Source: Deltaproteobacteria bacterium (GTDB taxonomy: Bacteria; Desulfobacterota; Syntrophia; Syntrophales; Smithellaceae). Taken from it: a stretch of 64,000 nt of DNA. The notes below the pieces were generated by a model. It was not told the origin of the DNA. It did not search any database and was given only the letters and a program-made list of their open reading frames with translations. Location of the stretch: the NCBI GenBank assembly GCA_025355175.1, contig JANYAF010000175.1, positions 882 to 64,881 of the forward strand. The letters are read 5' to 3'. The translations under genes were made by a program, and so were the position numbers. Below are positions 58,749 through 64,000 of the stretch, piece after piece; position 1 is the first letter of the stretch; every line of letters begins with the position of its first letter.

Positions 58749-60074
58749 CTAATGATCAATCATTTTCCCCCGCAATGAATGCAAATATCCGCGAGTGATT
58801 TCAACTTTTATCTGATTGCCGATTAACTCCGGGCCACCTTTAAAATTAACAATTCTCCAGGAACGCGTCCGTCCCATCATGTCATGTTCAGAGTTCCTGC
58901 TTCGGCCCTCCACGAGCACTTCCCGCACGCTTCCTTCCAGTGCCGTGTTTTTTTCTTGCGTGTGCCGGTCTTGCAGCATCTGCAATTCTTTAAGCCTCTG
59001 TCTTTTTTCAGCTTCCGGCACTTTGCCTTGCAACTTTTGGGCGTCTGTTCCTTTACGCTCAGAATACTTGAACGAAAAGACTGAATCAAACCTGATTTTT
59101 TCCATCATGTCAATGGTTTCTTGATAATCTTTTTGAGTTTCTCCCGGAAAACCGACAATGATGTCGGAGGTAATGCTGATTTGTGGACAGGTATGACGCA
59201 AACGGTCAATTTTCCGTAAATATTCTTCGGATGAATAACCGCGATTCATCAGCTTTAAAATACGGTCGGAACCCGACTGTACCGGCAGATGGATATGATC
59301 ACATAATTTAGGCACGTCGGCAAAACAGTCCATCAGCTCATCGGATAAATCTTTCGGATGGGAGGTAGTAAATCGAATTCTATCAATACCATCGATGTCA
59401 CTAATTTTTTTTATCAACGAAACAAAATTGCATCCATGATTTAATTTTTTCCCATAGGAATTTACATTTTGCCCTAGAAGTGTCACTTCTTTTACGCCAT
59501 GCCGGGTCAGTTTTTGTATTTCATCGATAATGTCCTCGGGGGTCCGACTCATTTCCGGGCCACGAAGATATGGCACCACGCAGTAGGCACAATAATTGTC
59601 ACACCCCTGCATAATGGACACAAAAGAACACAAAGACCCTTTTGGAGGCGGTGCAAAGACATTGAGTGAGTGAATTTTTGAAGAAAAATCGATTTGCGTG
59701 ATCTTCTTTCTCTCCTTCTGAACAGCGGCAACCATCTCCGGTAGCCGGTGGATATTGTGCGTGCCAAAAACGAGATCAACATTCTTCACCCGGCTATGGA
59801 CTTTCGCGCCCATATGCTGTGCCAGGCACCCTGCAAAGCCTATAATCAAGTTAGGCTTTTCCTCCTTTAACTTCATCAGACGCCCCAGTTCGCTGAAAGC
59901 TTTCTGTTCTGCTTTTTCCCGAATCGAACAGGTGTTGATCAGAATTAAATCCGCTTGTTGTGAATCCTCCGTGAGTTTATATCCGATACCGTCAAGCAGA
60001 ACAGCCATTTGTTCTGAGTCATGCACATTCATCTGACAGCCGAAGGTTTCAATATATAAATACTTGTTTTTCAT
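58749..60074 (-). CDS. miaB: tRNA-2-methylthio-N6-dimethylallyladenosine synthase
   Basis: 441 aa. UPF0004 cysteines (TFGCQMN), radical-SAM CDNYCAYC, and a TRAM domain. Confidence 0.96.
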   Translation of the reverse strand: MKNKYLYIETFGCQMNVHDSEQMAVLLDGIGYKLTEDSQQADLILINTCSIREKAEQKAFSELGRLMKLKEEKPNLIIGFAGCLAQHMGAKVHSRVKNVDLVFGTHNIHRLPEMVAAVQKERKKITQIDFSSKIHSLNVFAPPPKGSLCSFVSIMQGCDNYCAYCVVPYLRGPEMSRTPEDIIDEIQKLTRHGVKEVTLLGQNVNSYGKKLNHGCNFVSLIKKISDIDGIDRIRFTTSHPKDLSDELMDCFADVPKLCDHIHLPVQSGSDRILKLMNRGYSSEEYLRKIDRLRHTCPQISITSDIIVGFPGETQKDYQETIDMMEKIRFDSVFSFKYSERKGTDAQKLQGKVPEAEKRQRLKELQMLQDRHTQEKNTALEGSVREVLVEGRSRNSEHDMMGRTRSWRIVNFKGGPELIGNQIKVEITRGYLHSLRGKMIDH

Positions 60075-60311
60075 ATTTATCCTATTGTCAGTCTGTGTAG
60101 AGCATTAATATTTCACCAGGTGTTAGTCAACAAATTTTTGGTACCGTCAATACCTTCATGGGCTGAATTCTTCAAAATGCCTTATTCAGGTTCTTAATAA
60201 TTTGGGGTATCTTCGATGATGCCCAATCGTCTATAGGAACTGGGGCTGATCGACAATGCGAAGATGGCCTGCCGCTGGACAGGGATAAGGCTCTATCGGA
60301 TCCCGCCGCAC

Positions 60312-60349
60312 AGAAAGAAAAAGGAGTTACCTGAATTAACGTAACTCCT
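60312..60349 (-). terminator. Rho-independent terminator after tRNA-Pro(TGG)
   Basis: 9-bp stem AGGAGTTAC/GTAACTCCT with a 10-nt loop, followed on the minus strand by TTTTTCTTTCT. It starts 10 nt after the tRNA 3' end. Confidence 0.65.
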
Positions 60350-60358
60350 TGTTTTGTT

Positions 60359-60435
60359 TGGTCGGGGCGGAGTGATTTGAACACTCGACATCTTGCTCCC
60401 AAAGCAAGCGCGCTACCAAGCTGCGCTACGCCCCG
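60359..60435 (-). tRNA. tRNA-Pro (anticodon TGG)
   Basis: Hand fold: acceptor CGGGGCG/CGCCCCG, anticodon stem CTTGC/GCAAG, loop TTTGGGA, T-loop TTCAAAT, CCA. Confidence 0.92.
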
Positions 60436-60443
60436 ATTTATTT

Positions 60444-61037
60444 TTATTTTAGGTTTTTACCCAAATGGCTTTTCAGTTTCGCAAAAGCCTGGCCGCGGTG
60501 GCTGATTGCATTCTTTATTTCCGGCGGCAATTCCGCGGCTGTTTTATTCAACTGTGGCGAAAGAAAGATCGGATCATAACCGAAACCATTTGTTCCCCGT
60601 CGCTCATCAATAATCCGGCCCTGCCACTCGGCCTCAAAAGAGTTATAATCACCGTCTTGACGATACAGCACTAAAGCGCAAAAGAAAGACGCTGTTCTTT
60701 TCTCCTCGGGCACGTCTTTTAATTTGGCCAGGAGCTTGGCATTATTTTCTTCGTCCGTCGCGCCCTCTCCCGCATACCGGGCGGAATAAACCCCCGGCTC
60801 TCCTCCGAGAATATCCACCTGCAAACCGGAATCATCGGCTAATACTGTTTCACCTGTAAATTCTGAAATAATTTTCGCTTTTTTCAAAGCATTTTCCAGA
60901 TAGGTTTTACCATCTTCCACAATTTCCGGCAATGATTCAAAATGATTCAGGGACATTAATTCTATATTTATGAAAGTAAGCATTTCAGTTATTTCTTTGA
61001 CCTTGCCTTCATTTTTGGTCGCAAAAATTATTCTCAT
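60444..61037 (-). CDS. rdgB: dITP/XTP pyrophosphatase
   Basis: 197 aa. [11 protein letters not shown] start, DDSGL, and FGYDPIF motifs. Confidence 0.94.
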   Translation of the reverse strand: MRIIFATKNEGKVKEITEMLTFINIELMSLNHFESLPEIVEDGKTYLENALKKAKIISEFTGETVLADDSGLQVDILGGEPGVYSARYAGEGATDEENNAKLLAKLKDVPEEKRTASFFCALVLYRQDGDYNSFEAEWQGRIIDERRGTNGFGYDPIFLSPQLNKTAAELPPEIKNAISHRGQAFAKLKSHLGKNLK

Positions 61038-61765
61038 CGTCGCCAGTCGCCTACCACTTCCTTCTGACAGGCAATGATCATCGCTATGCCGCTTCTGGCC
61101 AGGGAAGTCATCGCATCGAGTTGATCCTTGCTGAATGGATCATGCTCGGCAGTGCCTTGCACTTCAATAAACAAACCGGCGCCGGTCATCACAAAATTCA
61201 TATCCACATCCGCCCGGGAGTCTTCCTCATATTCCAGATCCAGCAATACCTGATTTTGTACGATGCCGACGCTGACCGCCGAAACAAAATCCGTGACGGG
61301 AATTTCTTTGACCAGCCCCTGCTGTTTCATGTTTTTAAAAAGATCCACCAAAGCCACAAAAGCACCGGTAATCGACGCGGTTCTGGTTCCGCCGTCCGCC
61401 TGAATAACATCACAATCAATATAAATTGTTCTTTCGCCGAAAGCATTTAAATCCGTCACGGCTCTGAGCGATCTGCCAATCAGCCTTTGAATTTCATGCG
61501 TCCTGCCTCCCAGTTTGCCGCGTGCGGCTTCGCGCACCGAACGTGTTGGCGTGGACATGGGCAGCATGGAATACTCTGCGGTCAGCCAACCCTTGCCGGT
61601 ATTCTTTAAAAAAGGCGCCGTCCTTTCTTCCAGCGATGCCGCGCACAATACTTTCGTGTTACCGAATTCAACCATGACGGAACCCGGGACATTCCGTAAA
61701 TACCCGTTGGTGATGCGGATAGGCCGAAGTTCATCAAATTTTCTATTCTGATTTCTCTTGAACAT
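61034..61765 (-). CDS. rph: ribonuclease PH
   Basis: 243 aa. [18 protein letters not shown], and [19 protein letters not shown]. Confidence 0.96.
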   Translation of the reverse strand: MFKRNQNRKFDELRPIRITNGYLRNVPGSVMVEFGNTKVLCAASLEERTAPFLKNTGKGWLTAEYSMLPMSTPTRSVREAARGKLGGRTHEIQRLIGRSLRAVTDLNAFGERTIYIDCDVIQADGGTRTASITGAFVALVDLFKNMKQQGLVKEIPVTDFVSAVSVGIVQNQVLLDLEYEEDSRADVDMNFVMTGAGLFIEVQGTAEHDPFSKDQLDAMTSLARSGIAMIIACQKEVVGDWRR

Positions 61766-61772
61766 GGGGCTC

Positions 61773-62459
61773 CTAAAAGAAGGACTTGATGCTCTTGGCC
61801 AGGGCTCTGGCTATTTCTTTATGTGTTTTGTCGGATGCCAATTTTTTCTTGTCGTCGGGATTGGTGGCAAAGCCCAGTTCGACAACCAACACGGGCACGG
61901 ATAATCCTTCCGCAAGCGGCACGCCAGCGTCCCTGAGTCCCCTGCCTTTGCGCGGAAATAAGCCGTCGAGATTTTTTTGCACCAGGCGCGCCAGTTTCAC
62001 GGTATCATTCAGATGTTGGTTCTCAGCGCCGACAACGGCTCCTTTACCGCCCTTCCGGGGTACGTTGACATTTTTAAAGCCCGGGTAATATAGTTCAAAT
62101 CCCGATGAAGTTCTGCCGAACCCGGCATTGATATGCAGGCTCAAAACCATAGCAGGTTTTATTTTCGTGATATTTTTTTTACGCTCATCCAGAGACAGCG
62201 TTTTATCCGAATCCCTGGTCAGAAAAACTTCCATATTACTTTCACGAGCCAGTTCCTTCTGTAACGCCAAAGCAATCGCCAGTGTTAAATTCTTCTCGGC
62301 GACTTTATCAATGCCTATGCTACCGGTCTCTTCACCGCCATGCGCCGGATCAATGACAACAATGTGTTTTACCGTTTGGGCGTGGATCGAAAATCCCGGA
62401 AGGCACATCATCAGAACAGAAAAAAAGACGACAGTATATTTTGGCCATTTATGGAACAT
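61773..62459 (-). CDS. N-acetylmuramoyl-L-alanine amidase (Amidase_3)
   Basis: 228 aa. Signal peptide, [19 protein letters not shown], and [14 protein letters not shown]. Confidence 0.9.
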   Translation of the reverse strand: MFHKWPKYTVVFFSVLMMCLPGFSIHAQTVKHIVVIDPAHGGEETGSIGIDKVAEKNLTLAIALALQKELARESNMEVFLTRDSDKTLSLDERKKNITKIKPAMVLSLHINAGFGRTSSGFELYYPGFKNVNVPRKGGKGAVVGAENQHLNDTVKLARLVQKNLDGLFPRKGRGLRDAGVPLAEGLSVPVLVVELGFATNPDDKKKLASDKTHKEIARALAKSIKSFF

Positions 62460-62564
62460 TATTTCACCTATTTTAAAATGTTATCTTCCACCCATGTCAG
62501 ATTGCGCCTGCTTATAGCAGAGTGGATTTGTTTGTCAACAGACAAATGGAACTTTTTGTTATTT

Positions 62565-64000
62565 TCAGGCTTTGCGTATCCGCTCAATGGAACGGACGAT
62601 TTTTAATTGCCGAATGGCGGAAAAGATGGCATTGAGCTGCTGCGTATCATAGACGTCAATGACGAATTCGCAGTTGGCGATCATATCCGTCGTCTCGACC
62701 TGGGCAAAGCTGATGTTGATATCAAATGACGTAATGACAGAGCTGACTTCCGTTATAACACCCTTGCGGTCGTTACAGACAACCTTGACGTGCACGGGAT
62801 AAGCGTGTTTCTGCCGGACATCCCAATTGACATCCACAATCCGTTCGGCATCGAGTCTTTTCAGGTGCGGACAGGTTTGCGTGTGAACGGTAATGCCGCG
62901 TCCGCGGGAAATGTAACCGGATATCTCATCTCCGGGAATCGGGTTGCAGCATTTGGCAAACTTTACCATAACGTCGTCAATACCCGTAAGGCTAATACCC
63001 AGAGAAGGAGAGGCAGAGGGCTTCTTCTTTTCTTTCTCCTGAAGTTTTTCAGCTTCTTTCGGCGCGTCGGCAACCAGGAAATGATTGACCACCTGCCTGG
63101 GTGAAATGCGGCCGTAACCCACTTGTGAAATCAGATCGTCCAGCGTCAATAACGAATGCTCCGTCATAACTTTTTTAATCTCATCTGATTTAATATAGGT
63201 CGCAAATTTCAGGTTATTTCTCTTGAATTCTTTTTCCAGTAGATCCTTGCCCAGCGTCAGTGAACTATTTTTTTCCTCCAGATTGATCCAATTGCGGATC
63301 TTGGAAATGGCCCGCGAGGTCACCACGTATTTCAACCAGTCTTTGCTGGGGTGGTGACCGGCCTGCGTGATGATTTCCACCCGGTCGCCATTTTGCAGCT
63401 GGTAACGTAACGGCACAATATTACGATTCACCTTCGCCCCGGTGCACTTATTCCCGACATCGGTATGAATGCTATAGGCGAAATCAATGGGCGTCGCTCC
63501 TTTGGGAAAGGATTTTACATCTCCGTGCGGTGTGAAAACATAAACTTCTTCCGGAAACAGCGCCATTTTCAGGTTGGACATGAATTCCTTCGGGTTTTTG
63601 ATCTCCTGCTGAATCTCCAGGGCTTCCCGCAGCTTTTTGATCTGATTGTCTTCGTTGTCCTGAAAAGCCCGTCCTTCTTTATAGCGCCAGTGGGCTGCAA
63701 TGCCCTTTTCCGCCCATTCGTGCATAGCCCGGGTTCGAATCTGGATTTCGACTCTTTCACCGTAAGGCCCGATCACCGCCGTATGTAAAGATTGATAGTT
63801 ATTCGCTTTGGGCATGGCGATATAGTCTTTGAATCGGCCGGGGACAGGCTTCCATAAGGCATGTACGATGCTGAGTGCTTCGTAACAGGTTTTATCGATG
63901 TCCGAATCCAAGATGATGCGAAAAGCGATAACATCATACACTTCATCGAAATTAATATGCTGCTCATGCATTTTTTTATAAATGCCGTATAAATGTTTTG
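62565..64000 (-). CDS. relA: bifunctional (p)ppGpp synthetase/hydrolase RelA/SpoT family, C-terminal about 478 aa (N-terminus outside window)
   Basis: The frame stays open upstream of the track Met at 63971 (..KHLYGIYKKMHEQ..). Synthetase motifs DVIAFRIIL and EIQIRTRAMHEWAE, a TGS domain (VYVFTPHGDVKSFPKGATPIDFAYSIH), and a C-terminal ACT/RRM domain. Confidence 0.93.
   Translation of the reverse strand, partial: KHLYGIYKKMHEQHINFDEVYDVIAFRIILDSDIDKTCYEALSIVHALWKPVPGRFKDYIAMPKANNYQSLHTAVIGPYGERVEIQIRTRAMHEWAEKGIAAHWRYKEGRAFQDNEDNQIKKLREALEIQQEIKNPKEFMSNLKMALFPEEVYVFTPHGDVKSFPKGATPIDFAYSIHTDVGNKCTGAKVNRNIVPLRYQLQNGDRVEIITQAGHHPSKDWLKYVVTSRAISKIRNWINLEEKNSSLTLGKDLLEKEFKRNNLKFATYIKSDEIKKVMTEHSLLTLDDLISQVGYGRISPRQVVNHFLVADAPKEAEKLQEKEKKKPSASPSLGISLTGIDDVMVKFAKCCNPIPGDEISGYISRGRGITVHTQTCPHLKRLDAERIVDVNWDVRQKHAYPVHVKVVCNDRKGVITEVSSVITSFDINISFAQVETTDMIANCEFVIDVYDTQQLNAIFSAIRQLKIVRSIERIRKA

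Noticed and set aside
60110-60358. Possible plus-strand small RNA ending at the hairpin at 60322-60349, which is followed by TGTTTTGTTT
   Set aside because: The hairpin is equally T-flanked on the minus strand and begins 10 nt after the 3' end of tRNA-Pro(TGG). That is the simplest explanation. The remaining sequence is the miaB upstream region and contains no motif of a known RNA (6S, SRP, RNase P or tmRNA) that I could see.

Overview
This is a 64-kb chromosomal window from a Gram-negative bacterium. The gene content and order look Desulfobacterota/deltaproteobacteria-like, but that is a low-confidence inference. About 85% of it is densely packed housekeeping operons, almost all on the minus strand. 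In coordinate order these are: lnt (an edge fragment missing from the ORF track) and corC; tRNA-Asp and tRNA-Val; lon-clpX-clpP-tig; tRNA-Leu and tRNA-Pro; lysC-tsaE-acpS-folP-ftsH-tilS; a panB operon; miaA; a cold-shock gene; pepA with two peptide-ABC ATPases; tRNA-Cys and tRNA-Gly; pgsA, tal, folK, dapB, dapA; argH-argG-argF-argD-argB; hslUV and xerC; miaB; tRNA-Pro, rdgB, rph, an amidase; and a partial relA/spoT.

The only clearly accessory stretch is about 29.1-44.9 kb. It holds a methyltransferase-GT2 fusion, a second methyltransferase and an AT-rich GT-C/TPR membrane glycosyltransferase. Next to these is an MSHA-like type IV pilus operon: pilin, platform protein, an ATPase with a c-di-GMP-binding MshEN motif, an ExeA-like ATPase, secretin, PilP-like, PilO-like and a PilM-PilN fusion. 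An L,D-transpeptidase is transcribed divergently from it.

I found no CRISPR array, transposase, phage genes, or recognisable defence or toxin system. The best candidate for something undescribed is a possible link between the Ser/Thr/Pro-rich, cysteine-free pilin and the adjacent glycosyltransferase/methyltransferase genes. Smaller observations:
- an orphan plus-strand terminator and a tandem 13-nt repeat in the leader of the panB operon
- an internal SD+ATG in lysC
- a 45-nt tandem coding repeat
- a short GC-rich element present in two intergenic regions

All coordinates and motifs were derived by hand from the sequence and the ORF track. No database search was run.
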